Shown here piece by piece: positions 11,201 to 22,939 of a stretch of 64,000 nucleotides of DNA (the stretch's first letter is position 1; every line of letters starts with the position of its first letter). The notes beneath the pieces are model-generated. The model was not told where the DNA came from. It made no database searches and saw nothing but the letters and a program-made list of their open reading frames with translations. A program made the position numbers and the translations under genes. Source of the DNA: Mobula hypostoma. Lineage: Eukaryota. The stretch is taken from assembly GCF_963921235.1 (NCBI RefSeq), contig NC_086108.1:27964001-28028000 (forward strand). Direction: 5' to 3'.

Positions 11201-12622
11201 AATAGGCACCACCGTACCTCAGTAGTACAAGATTATTGGAACCACAGATCAGAACTGTCTGTTATGGGTGCGATTTTTTACAAAGGTAGTAGAATTGTTA
11301 TACCTAAAAGTCTCCGTAAAGAAATTCTTGGTAAAATTCATGAAGGCCACCAAGGCATTGAAAAATATAAGAGAAGGGCATGGGAAGTGATGTTTTGGCC
11401 CAGGGTGAATCAAGAGATTGCAGGATTGGTGTCTTCTTGTCAAATATACCTTAAATACCAACCTAGCAACCCTAAGGAACCACTGCATCCACACCTGAAT
11501 CCTCAGAGACCTTATCAGAAGGTAGGTGTTGATCTTTTTATTAATAACAACAAAGACTATCTATTAATAAATGATTACTATTCATTGTATCCTGAAGTGT
11601 GTTGTCTGGGCAGAACGATTGCAGAAAATGTAATTACATCCATGAAATCATTTTTTTCAAGACATGGTGTACCTGATGAAGTTTTCACAGACAATGGTCC
11701 ACAAATCAGTAGTGAATGCAAGAAACACTTTGCTCGTGAATGGGGCTTTGTTCATACAACATCTAGTCTACTTTTCCCTCAGTCTAATGGATTAGTTGAG
11801 AAATCGGTAGGAATTGTCAAGAAACTGATGCACAAAGCAAAAGATAGTGGAAGTGATTTTTATAAAACCTTGTCAGCCTACCGAAGTACTCCACTTGAAT
11901 GTGGATTTTCGCCTGCTCAGCTCTTGACAGGACGACGTTTGAGATCTAATCTGCCAATGGACGAGAGCCTTCTGAGAACAGAGGAAAGTGAACAAGTGAA
12001 AAGGTGGAAAGATGAACGCAAAGCAGAGCAGAAAATATACTTTGATAGACGTTTTCATCCATTACCTGAACTGCACCAAGGAGATGAAGTAAGAATACAA
12101 GACAAAATGAACACATGGACACAGGAAGTCACAGTACTTGAAGAAGTACAACCCAGATCATACATGGTCTGAACAGAAGAAGGAGCAGTGTTAAGAAGAA
12201 ATCGCAAAGACCTCAAGAAAGAGCCAACTTCAGAGATTCAGTTAATGGATGCAGACGAGACAAAACATGTAAATAGTAACAAGGAAACACAAGATCTGTG
12301 TGCACCACTTAGGAGGTCTACTCATGTTCGTAAACCCTCAGAGAGACTGATAGAGACTTGTTGAATTATGTATTTGCTTTGATTAATGTTTTTAATTGTT
12401 TTTCTTTTTAAGGAAAGGAAGATGTGGTGATATCACTTGCAAAGATGTGCCGGTACATGATTGGACAGAGTACTGAGCATGCGCGGGATTGCCAGAATGT
12501 TCCATCACGTGGCTGGGTTAAGACATGCTTGTTTATTACTGTAAATAAAAGTTCTCTAATTCTTCCAGAATATGATTCTTTACTGTTAACCCATGGTACG
12601 TTTAAACAGAAGTAATGTAACA
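8205..12622 (+). mobile_element. Full-length decayed Ty3/Gypsy LTR retrotransposon (Mag-like)
   Basis: 200-bp TG..CA LTRs at 8205-8404 and 12423-12622, 5-bp TSD ctgtt, PBS tggtgtcagaactgg (8405-8419, tRNA-Leu-like), PPT aaggaaaggaaga before the 3' LTR. Confidence 0.97.
8499..12365 (+). pseudogene. Gypsy gag-pol with stops and frameshifts (gag, Zn knuckle, protease, RT, RNase H, integrase)
   Basis: ENWRIFKQQFELYL; CNGCGKISHFSRCC; DTGAQVNV; ETDHKPL; IHEGHQGIEK; TDNGPQ; PQSNGLVEK; integrase follows RT/RNase H. Confidence 0.95.
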
Positions 12623-13369
12623 CTGTTTCCACTCAGGTTTTGTTGTTTCTAAGGTGACTAATAAAGCCAATGTGGAAACTACAGACTCCAACACAGATGG
12701 GGCAATGGGGCATGTTGTTTGTGATGTAATGTGCTTCTTCCACAATATGCAGAGCTTCCATATATTCTGGTTATATGTCTTCAAGGTTCTCAATTCTACC
12801 TGAAAAATCCTTATGATCTGTTATAGGCCAGAGACTTCCAGGAGTAGTTGTGGATGTTACAATGAAGTTCCAAGATATATAAACAAAACTATCTTCTGTA
12901 TCTTAGAGCTATTTCTTAGTGAAGAGGACAGCAGTGGTTAAATCAACTGACACCTCAGTGTCTTTGGCCACTTGAGAAAAGGAGACTTGAAGAACAATCC
13001 CAATTCTAAAAGGATGTAGGGGTTCATACACCAGTGACTGAACTGGAGCAGTTCCTTTCATCTCAGATGCAGTGTTGGGACTATTTCTCTCATCAGCTCA
13101 AGTGGAGGGGTTCTTTACTTCAACCATTGCGTGATTAATGGACTCATTCAGTCAGGGATTGGGATCAGAGGGATTCCTTATATCAATGTTGTGTTGGTGG
13201 GTTTATTGTTTTAGTATTTAGGGATGCATGGGTGTAAAAGCTCCCAGTGACTGAGGTAAAGTTCTTCCTTTGACATTGGCTGGGGGAGAGGGGGTGGGAC
13301 ATGATGCCATTCTATCAGTTATTTCATCTCTGATGTGTTTGTGAAGCATTTCTTGAAGTTGGAATACAT

Positions 13370-14790
13370 TTTTTCCTTCCAATATTTTTGTTAATTTATA
13401 TATTAGATTAGGTTATGAGGACACGCAGTCCTCTTTTATTGTCATTTAGTAATGCATGCATTAAGAAATGATACAATGTTTCTCCAGAATGATATCACAG
13501 AAACACAAGACAAATCAAGACTGAAAAACTGACAAAAACTACATAATTATAACATATAGTTACAACAGTGAAAAGCAATACCGTAATTTGATAAAGAACA
13601 GACCATGGGCATGGTAAAAAAAAAGTCTCAAAGTCTCTCGGAAGTCCCATCATCTCACACAGACGGTAGAAGGAAGAAAAAAACCTTTACCTGCTATGAA
13701 CCTCCAGCACCGCAAACTTGCCGATGCAACACCCTTGAAACACCCGACCACAGCCGACTCTTGAGTCTGTCCGAAAACTTCGAGCCTCCGACCAGCCCTC
13801 CGACACCAAGCACCGAGCACCATCTCTGCCGAGCGCTTCGACCCTGGCCCCGGCAACAAGCAATAGGCAAAGCTGAGGATTTGGGGCCTTACCTTCCGGA
13901 GTTTCTCGACCGCACAGTAGCAACGGCAGCGAAGCAGGCATTTCAGAAGTTACTCCAGATGTTCCTCTGTGCTTCTCACATCCGTCTCCATCAAATCAGG
14001 ATTATGCACGGCCCCATTTAACAAATACGGTATCATTTTGGAGTAGCCACGCGCGCTGCGTCACGCCGCCATCTTCTCCTCCCCTCCTGTATATATATAA
14101 GAATACAGAGTACAGGAAAAAAATATATATGTCAATACATTAAACAAAATCGCATATAAAGACTCCTTACCCTATATTCATACAAGTCAATTAGTTCGTA
14201 ACATTGAAAAATAATAATTTTATTATATTAAAAAATCTAACCCACTACCAAGACCGAAGCTGATTAGTAGAAAAATAGAAAAAAAGATTGTTAGTCATCA
14301 TCTGTGCTTTAACAGCAAATCAAAGGTTTTGAAGATAATTCAGAAAAGGTCCCCAAAATGTTTGAAAGTCTTGATTAGATTCAAAGATTGAACATCAAAT
14401 CTTATCAAAATTTAAACATGACATCACATCACGTAACTATTGGGCATGAATAGGAGGGGCCAGATCTCTCCATTTCATTAAAAACATCCTTCTGGCCATA
14501 AGAGACATAAAAGCCAAAATGTGCAAATCAGATGGCTCCAAAATAATATCCTTTCCCCCAACAATACCAAATAAAGCAGTCAAAGGATTAGGCTTGAAAT
14601 TTACTTATAAAAGTATTGAACAGGTTTGAAATACTTCTTTCCAATATTTTCCAAGACTTGGACACGTCCAAAACATATGAATGAGTGAAGCTTCTCCATT
14701 ATTACATTTATCACAACATGGAGATATATCTAAATAAAAACGAGACAACTTATCCTTAGTCACATGGGCCCTATGGACCACTTTAAATAC
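13370..14790 (-). mobile_element. 3' fragment of a fish-type L1 LINE, interrupted at ~13403-14087
   Basis: Minus strand 14790->14330 reads FKVVHRAH..CDKCNNGEASLIHMFWTCPSL..FWGPFLNYL (L1 ORF2 CCHC end); A-rich 3' end. Confidence 0.85.
13403..14087 (-). mobile_element. SINE-like non-autonomous retroposon
   Basis: GC-rich 5' end with AAGATGGCGGC (YY1-like motif), 3' AATAAA, hairpin gaggac/gtcctc and a ctaat-type tail; inserted at a TA-rich site in the L1 3' UTR. Confidence 0.65.
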
Positions 14791-15339
14791 ATTTTTTCAT
14801 TATAACTCATTGATTTGTGCATTGTCATCTGTATTCAATGTATTAGTTTCAGTCCAGTATTGTGTGTTTAATCCACAAATGAAGAAATGAGAAGTATTAG
14901 TGAGGAGAATGCAGTATCTGTTACTAATAATCTGTTAATATTCAGATTCTGATTCAGATTTATTTATCACGTATACATGAAAACATACAGCAAAATATGC
15001 CATTTGTGCTAATAACCAGCACACGGAAGGATGTGCTGGGAGCAGCCAGCAAGTGTTGTCCACACATTCTGGTGCCAACATAGCATTCCCACAGCTTTCC
15101 ACAAAACAACACAAATAACAAAACAAAACCAAACAAGACAATAACAGCAAAACAAGCCCCATCCACCCAGCCATCCTCTCACATACACAGACAGGCCTCA
15201 AACCCAAGTCTGGGCCTTCAGTCCTTGCCCCCGATTCTCGGACTCGCTGACATCGGTCCTCCACCTTCAACTTCACTCCAGGATGCTGATCATGGGTTTG
15301 CACTTCGGGCCTCAACTTCCAGACTCGTATGGACCTCCA

Positions 15340-16745
15340 TGTCATGGTCCGGTCTGTGGACTCAGGCCTCCGGGTCTTCCAGCTGTCCCTTGTTTGAGTT
15401 AATCATTGGCACCTGATTCCCATCTTTGGGCTTGCAATACAAGTAGCCTTGGGATTCAGTGTGGGTTGCTGGTTTGCCTTGTCAGTTCCCCTTGGAGCAA
15501 CCTGTTAATGAAACCATTTGTGATTTCTAGGCCTGGTTGGAGGACCACTGCTTCATGGAGACTTTTTGCCACTTGTAGGAGTAGTCTTTGCGGTATGGAT
15601 ACGGCTGTTTCCTGGGCCAGCTGAGTGGCTACTAGCCACTCCGAGCTAGGTAGGGGTCTGACTGTTTCTGTAGCCTGCTGAGGTTGCTGGCTGAACTGAG
15701 ACTTGGAGCTACCCTGGAGCAGAGATGGAACTGTCTGTTGTTCTTTGGTGTTTGTCTCTTCTTGTCCTCGCCTCTGTGGGGTAAGTCAGGCCGTCTTGCT
15801 GTTGCCCTGCGGGGGGACTTGTCTTGTCTTTGCCTCTGTTGGGTAAGTCTGGCCGTCCTGCCATTATCCACCAGATGGACCTGTCCGACCTTGTTGTGGA
15901 GAAGTTGAGTCCCGGCTTGTCTTAGGATAAGTCCTGGCTCTATGTCTATGTTCTGACCTGTCTCATGTTAGTGTTGTGTTAAAGATGAGTCCTGGCTTGT
16001 CGAAGTATAAGTCCCGGCTCTATATTGATGTTCAGTTCCCAGTCTGTCTCTCAGCTCCAGTCTCTGAGTTATCAGCCTCTAGCCAAGCCTCAAGACCCAA
16101 GACCCCAGCCTCAAGCCAAGCCTCAAGACCCAAGACCCCAGCCTCAAGCCAAGTCTCAAGTCCCAAGACCCCAGCCTCAAGCCAAGTCTCAAGTCCCAAG
16201 ACCCCAGCCTCAAGCCGCCTCAAGACCCGAGACCCCAACCTCAAGCCAAGCCTCAAGACCCTAGACCCCAGCCTCAAGCCAAGCATCAAAACCCTAGATC
16301 CCAGCCTCAAGCCAAGCCTCAAGACCCAAGACCCAGCCTCAAGCCAAGCCTCAAGACCCAAGACCCCAGCCTCAAGCCAAGCCTCAAGACCAAAGACCCC
16401 AGCCTCAAGCCAAGCCTCAAGACCCAAGACCCCAGCCTCAAGCCAAGCCTCAAGACCCTAGACCCCAGCCTCAAGCCATGTCATGTCCTTGCCTGGTTCT
16501 GAGGTCTGAGCCTGAGGCAAGACCCAGGTTCTGGGTCCTTGTCCAGTCTTGGGCTCGGAGTCCAAGCCTTGTCTCCTAGTCCATGGTTTCTAGTCCTGGT
16601 CCTGCTTTCCCTAACCCAAGTCTGCATTCTTGTCCCTGATCCTGGTCTGAATCCTGTCATGTCCCTACTCTAGTCAAGTCCTGTTCCTTGTACTTCAGTG
16701 TCTGTGTCTTGCATTTGGGTCCATTCCCAGCACCACATTGTGACA
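15340..16745 (+). mobile_element. Solo LTR (Gypsy-like) containing a minisatellite
   Basis: tgtca...tgaca inverted termini; flanks ctcca/ttcca (5-bp TSD, 1 mismatch); no coding domains. Confidence 0.7.
16072..16478. repeat. 33-bp minisatellite, ~12 copies
   Basis: Unit ccagcctcaagccaagcctcaagacccaagacc. Confidence 0.95.
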
Positions 16746-16849
16746 TTCCAACCCCGGAGACCCTCGTCCTCATGTCTCCTTCAAGACTCCGTGACTCCGT
16801 CAGGCTTCTACCTTTAGTCTTCCGTTTTTGTGTGACATCTCAGAATGGA

Positions 16850-17165
16850 GATTACCGAGAGGACAGATGAAACAAATCAAGAGGGTTCTCAAAGCTTCCT
16901 TGAAGAGATTAACATCTTCCTCAGGGGATTTCTGCTGCATGGCTCTTCAAAGTGGAGAAGGAGCAATAAGAATGATACAGGTAATCTCAAAGTCCTACAT
17001 TGGGAGCTCACAGAAGGCCTGTGTACACAGTGGAAGGAATACAGAAGCTAACCAACTGCCCAGTACCTCCTGCCCATCCTGGAGAATAACCCGATGGTTC
17101 CCACATTATCCTCATCAGTCACCTCAGAACCCCAAACTGAAGTAGAAATAGATTAGCCAAAGAGG
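16850..17165 (+). mobile_element. Old RTE LINE 3' fragment
   Basis: GQMKQIKRVLKASLK...SKWRRS resembles the RTE C-terminus (compare GGQKKRYKDCLKASLK at 28976). Confidence 0.65.
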
Positions 17166-17489
17166 TTTCCTATAAAAAAAGATAAATCATGTTGGTGGCA
17201 ATAATTTGCTCTTAATATTGAAACTCATTCTCAACTGAAATAAATAATTTATCGCCATTGCCATTAAAACAAGGAAACTATCGAAATTGTCGCTGACCAG
17301 TTGTGTCAAGTATAGCTGGAAGAATTCTTAGTCTTATATCACGAGTTGTTACCTCCAAGGAAGCCAGCTTTTGCTTAACATCTTGAACAACTCCAGAAGT
17401 AATAATCATATTTGGATGAAAATGCTTTGGTGCATTTTACACTTCTTCAATTTACTTTTCCCAAACATTGTCTGGAGCATATATTGCCT

Positions 17490-17956
17490 AATTCCTCCAC
17501 ACCTGGATACGATCCAGACTACCCGAACTCTTTTGAGTTAGTGGTGGAGAGGAGGTCAGTAAACAAATTGTTATCCATTATAGACAACCAGGCACATCCT
17601 CTCCATGACCTACTGAATAAGTAGTGGAGCACCCTTTTGAACAGGATCTTTCAGCTCCGCAGTCACATGGATTATTACAGAAATTTTTTCCTACCAAATG
17701 CAATAAGCATATATAGTAGCTCATCTCTGTGTGACAGGAAAACGCACATCTTCGCACAATAGTTTTATTATTTCATACATTACTATTGCACATTATTGAA
17801 TATTGGTATATATTATTCTGTACTTTATTATTAGTTAATAATAATATTGTATTTATCATTATTATTTATTATTATTGCTAAGGGTGTTTTTAAATGTTGC
17901 TACTGTCACAAAATAATTTCCCACTCAGGATCAATAAAGTACTTATTATTATCATC
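17490..17956 (+). mobile_element. Rex1/Babar LINE 3' fragment
   Basis: ELVVERRSVNKLLSIIDNQAHPLHDLL...FFLPNAISIY; tail aatttcccactcaggatcaataaagta(tta)n. Confidence 0.8.
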
Positions 17957-18825
17957 AGTCTTACAACTGATATAGAAGGAAGGATGATCCTAGTAACATA
18001 TGAAAGAGTTTCTTTTATTGTATTACGTTATTAAGGAGATAGGGCAAAGGATGAAGTGTTCAGTTCCTCAATGACTTGGCAGATTATCCCTAGACCAAGA
18101 CTGCTCATTGAAGAATGTATTGAGGCTCTGTACATCAGGAGCACACAGGAGCCCTGTGGATGTGGTAGAAGGAGGCACCACCTCACTACCTACATGAGTC
18201 AATTACCTCTTCTGTCTTGGAAGGACCTGCAGTTCTCACATCAATCATCTCCAAACCTTGAACAATATTTAATCATAAGATAGTGATTTATTTGTGCCTT
18301 CTATTAAGGTTGATGCATTTACTGCTCACAATGTTGTCGCTTCTACGTAGGGTAAACAGGCTTAGAATGGGTGGTCTCTCTGCAGAGCACCTCATTCAAG
18401 CTGCAGCCTCCTGACACTTTAATTCTCTGACCTTTTCCTGCTCCAACCAGTTTTCCCCTAATGATACTTTTGCAGCTAGGCTGAACGCAAATTTAAAGAA
18501 CATTTTATCTACTGACAACACATTAGTTTGAGACCACTAGATCCAGCTCTAAATTCAATAATTTCAGATAGCCTGCAAATCCAGCTTTTGCATTTTCAGC
18601 ACTGGGATTTGCTTCTAGTAGTTTCTTTTGCTTCTTAGATTTACAGTGCCATCTTCCTTTTTTTTTAAATCTCTTTACTGTTCGCTTTCACTTTCATCGA
18701 TTTCCCTTTGCCCTCTCCCCTACCCACCCACCATCCCACTCACCTGTCTTCACCTATCAGCTGCCTGTTTATGCTCCTTCCCCTCCCCTTCTCCTTCTTA
18801 TTCTGGCTTCTTCCCCCTTCCTTTC

Positions 18826-21356
18826 TGTTATGTTTTGTAATTCCAAAACATAAAACTAATGCAAAGGAAGAGATGAAGAGGCCAAAATGAGAGTCTAACT
18901 TAGGTTTTCCTTTAAGCAAGGCACACGCATATTATGTGATGGTGTGATAATATCCACTATTTACATACTTTTACAGGTACCCACAATGCAGTACGTAAAT
19001 AACAAAGAATGTGTAATTAAACAATATATTTACAATATTACTCAAACATTACTGAAATATTAAATACACAACACTCCTTCCTACTTAGCTATAAACTCCA
19101 ACACAATACAGAGTACATCTCAACTATATACACACTATACTATTTAATACAACAACTATACAGACATCCACAATATATAGTAAATTTTAACTTGTCCCAT
19201 TCAGGCCTAAATATTTAATTGCTGTGCTTTCTTTTTATCCTTGTGTAATAATGTCTTTCCTGACAAGGAGGATCACTCTGCTTAGCAGCTGAGAGTTGAG
19301 GCTGTGAAACAATCTCAGGTTCTGAGGCCTCCTCCATGGTTGTTGACTCTGAGGATGCAGAAAGTGTCTCTGACAGCTCTGGACATCTCCTTTTCTCTAT
19401 GGATCTGCTTCGATCTTTGCTTCTCCGCGCTCCCCCCCCGTCACGACTTTTTTTGCAGTCTTTATCTCGCTTCCGATCCCTTTCTTTTACTTTCTCACTT
19501 ACCCCTCTTTCACAACTTTCTCGTTCTCACTCACAATCTTTTCTCCTTTTCGACTTGTCTTTCTTTTTCTCTCCTTCCCTCCTCTTCTAGTTTCTTGTGA
19601 GTATCCCTGAATTTGCTAATTTCTCAAGAAATTAGGTCAAATTTGTCCTTTTCTATTTGCAGCACAGTTACGGCATTCTCCTCTTTCTTTTCCTTTTTCT
19701 TCTTTCTAGAATGTGCAACTTGTCTTGGGAAGGTGCATTTAGTTCATTGGAGTATTCTCTTATAAATCTTTCTATTGCTCCCGTTACAATCTGGTCTCTC
19801 CTCTTGGTTTCCGCATCCACAATATCATCTGATGAATTCTCTGTTTTCATATCTCTATTGACTCCTTTCTTTTTGACCCTCCATTCATCCATCTGGGCTT
19901 TGGTCTTTGCATCTGCTTTTACAAGAAGCTTTTTGTCTCCCACTTGAAGTTCATGCAATATCCTTAATGCACGCAGAGTAGATTCTGGTTCCTTATACTC
20001 ACAAAAGCCAAACATTTCCTACTTTTCTGAAGCTCCTTGACCTCTCATCCAGCTTAAATTCAAGCCACATTCCGCAAGTATGCCTGATGAACATATCAGA
20101 AGCTTTCTCAGATATGTTGCCAACAAAAAGGTTTGTAGATGTACGACTGCTTACATCACTTTCATGATTCCTTTGAGCAGCATGGTCAAATTAGGTCCAA
20201 ATTGTTTTCCAACCAAGGGCACAAAGGTTGGCAGCAACACCTGTTTGCCTTCTGTTGGGCAACAGTTCATGGCTTCAGCATAGAGACAGTTGGGGTAACA
20301 TCCAGCACCTTTCTTAATTTGCTTTCAACTGACTTTATTGCAGGGGATGGTGAATGGATCTCCAATCAAGTCGTCATTGTCTCAGTCAATCATGACTCCA
20401 TAACACTGGTCCTCATGGTTTTACCACATACAAGCCCCATATGGCTTGTATTTTACTGTTATGAATGTCATTCCCACAGGAGTTATCTTTTCTCCAGTAT
20501 AAGTTCTTAACTGGAGATCTGCAGGTTTTAGTTCAGTATCTTTGAAATGCCTTTCAAACTCATTTCGTTGGAATGACTGAAACGGCTGAGCCAGTGTCCA
20601 ATTCCACTTTAATTAATTTGCCATTCATTTCTGGTGTAAGTTATGTTGCTTGTCTTCTGTTATAGAACTGACAATGCTCAGACATCTTCTTCAATTCAGC
20701 CACATATGCTGAAATGGACTCCCCTTCCTTTTGATTTGTCTTATGAAATCTAACACATTCTGCAATCAGCAATGGTTTCAGTTCTAAATATTCTTGTATT
20801 ACTTTCACAATATTAGCAAATCTCATTTTGGATAGTTTGGTCAGAGCTGGTAAATTTATCTTTTGTATAATCAAATGCATCAGTCCTTCCAATGTAGCCA
20901 ACTATTTCTGCTCTTTTTTCATGATTATTATCACCCGATACTCACTGTTTATAAACCTGTAAATTCTTCCATTTTCTGCCTTTATGTTTACTTAATTGTC
21001 TTTTCTTTTGTGAAGAAAATGTGCTGTGCTTTCTTTCACTCGAACGTCGCGCTACCTTTCAACAGATAGGTAATTGTCTCAGGTTTGTTTAAAAAGTACC
21101 TCGTCGCCATTGTTATGTTTCACAACTCCAAAACATAAACTTAATTTAAAGGAAAAGACTCAGAGTCTAAAGTGCAAGTCTAAGTTAGTTTTTACTTTAA
21201 GCAAGGTGCACACTTATCACGTGGCAGCATGATGTTGTGTGCCATTTACACACTTTTACTGATAAACTGCATGTATTATGTAAACAACAAAGAATGCTTA
21301 ATCAAACAATATACTTACAACATTACTCAGATTTTACTGATATTAAATACACAATA
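18826..21356 (-). mobile_element. Internally deleted Gypsy LTR element carrying host cDNA
   Basis: LTRs 18826-19073 and 21111-21356; TSD ctttc (18821-25, 21357-61); PBS TGGCGACGAGG (21109-21099, tRNA-Ser-like); PPT next to 19073; gag remnant KPLLIAECVRFHKTNQKEGESISAYVAELKK; protease ELDTGSAVSV. Confidence 0.92.
19386..20240 (-). pseudogene. RBM25: Processed (intronless) RBM25 fragment: RRM plus start of the RE/RD-rich region
   Basis: FVGNISEKASDM..FGFCEYKEPESTLRALRILHELQVGDKKLLVKADAKTKAQMDEW..ETKRRDQ..IREYSNELNAPSQ..EISKFRDTHKKLEEE matches vertebrate RBM25 as I recall it; stops and frameshifts present. Confidence 0.93.
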
Positions 21357-22873
21357 CTTTCCAGTCCTAATAAAGGGTCTCGTCCAAAACATTGTCCGTT
21401 TTTCCCTCTCCATAGATGCTGCCTGGCCTGCTGAGCTCCAACATATTGTTTGCGAGCCTCTGTCAAAACCATGCTGAGTCAATTGCACAACAATACCAGT
21501 TTATCCTCTTTTACACTAAATCTGAGATCCCGTGAATTGAATTTTAATGTTATCAGTGGGAAAGTGCCAGGTAAAGAGCATGTAATGCCAGTACTTACTG
21601 AAGCCTACACTCTGAAGAGTTTGTCCTTTTTGATGCTAGGTGATTTAAACTTTTGCAATGTAATGAGTGTTTGCACATTTGGTGGGACCATTTTTAACTG
21701 CCACCCTTTGTCCCTGGATGCCTGTCGTTTCCTAACATGGCAAAGACATGACCTCACCACAGCTGACAATGATGCAGAGGGAAAAGTGAGCGCTGTGTCG
21801 AGGAACGAAGAAATGAACCTCATTACTCTGATGCTTCAAGCATATGCGAGCAAGGTGACCTCTGCATCCACTGCCTACCCTTGCCTGAAATGATTGAATT
21901 AGGGAGTCACAATGCTTTTGCAGTCCCGGTGTGCAATCCATCTCCTGGTTTAACTCCTGCATGTCTGAACATTTCCTTGAAGCAGCCTTCCAATCATGCC
22001 CAGCTTCCTATGTCTAAGGTACACTCTGGGCATGATTGGGGGAAAGGATTGTCACTGTCTGAGGATTTCAAGATATATTGTTAATTCAGTTTTGTGGTCC
22101 AATTTATGCCCTATTTTTTAAACTAGTAAGCAGTCCTCACTAATTAAATGGCTGGACAGAGTTGACTCAGCAATAAACCCAATGCACTCTGCAGGTTTTT
22201 GACTTGAACAACTCAATACAATGCAGTTCTGACTTTTTTACAACTTCCTTGGTTTGCATATTCAAAGCCTTCCAAATTCAATCTCTAGTAAATGGAGGAA
22301 GTGCCAACCCATCATAAAACTGCTATTAGTTTAATTCTCTGTTGCCCAGTTGTCATTTTAGGACTGATTTAGATTATGTAGATAATCTGCATGCAGATAA
22401 TACCAAGTGCGATGTTAAAGCTGTTTTATGCTTTCTGGATAGCATGGTAATAAATCTTTTACATGAGTGTAATAATATAAAATGAGCTCATTGGAAATAA
22501 GTGACTTCAGTAGTGATTCAAATTCCAATTAGTAGGGTGGCAGATAATGGATTCTGTAATTTAGATGTCTGAATATGACTTGATTGGTTCTTCTGTCATC
22601 TCTGTGTTGAAAGGTTGTTGTAGCTCCAAGCCTGCACAGATGCATATGAGTTGGTGCCCCTATAAAGCACAGGAGGAGGCCTGAACTTCCTGAGGGGCTT
22701 GTTTTCAGAAACAATGATGTTCAGGTGAGATTATAGGTAGTAAATTACTGCCCAAGGATACAAGAACAGGACAGGAAAATAGGAACAGTAATAGACTACT
22801 AAATCCCTCTATTAAGAATTAAGAATTGAAAATACACGTGGACTAAGATGTTAACTGTCCTGTGCTATCACCA

Positions 22874-22939
22874 GTGGGATCATCAGTTGATCTGCCACCT
22901 GTCTTCAGGAGTTTCGGCCCGCTTATGATCAAGACTCCC
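22874..22939 (-). ncRNA. Putative permuted hammerhead ribozyme in the Hero 3' UTR
   Basis: GGGAGUC^UUGAUC-AUAAGC-GGGCC-GAAA-CUCCU...GAUCAA-CUGAUGA-UCCCAC: both core boxes, full stems I and III, weak stem II. Confidence 0.6.

Larger units (their letters stand above)
14940..16830 (-). mobile_element. SINE-like repeat with a tctgaa-type tail, split by the solo LTR at 15340-16745
   Basis: attcagattctgattcagatttatt tail; the same ggact/gacc-rich sequence style resumes after the LTR. Confidence 0.5.
18340..21450 (+). mobile_element. Old Penelope-like 3' remnant split by the LTR element at 18826-21356
   Basis: Pyrimidine-rich terminal-repeat sequence ends cttcctttc and resumes cagtcctaataaagggtctcgtccaaaac (decayed hammerhead) plus gatgctgcctggcctgctgag. 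Confidence 0.7.

Noticed and set aside
15976..16461. Repetitive ORFs on both strands, and a CRISPR-like look
   Set aside because: By-product of a 33-bp (multiple of 3) minisatellite; no unique spacers and no cas genes
19668..20015. RBM25 ORF as a functional host gene
   Set aside because: Partial, intronless, flanked by stops and frameshifts, lacks the PWI domain, and lies inside LTRs
21450..21893. 147-aa ORF
   Set aside because: Non-ATG start, no recognisable domain, no convincing splice sites
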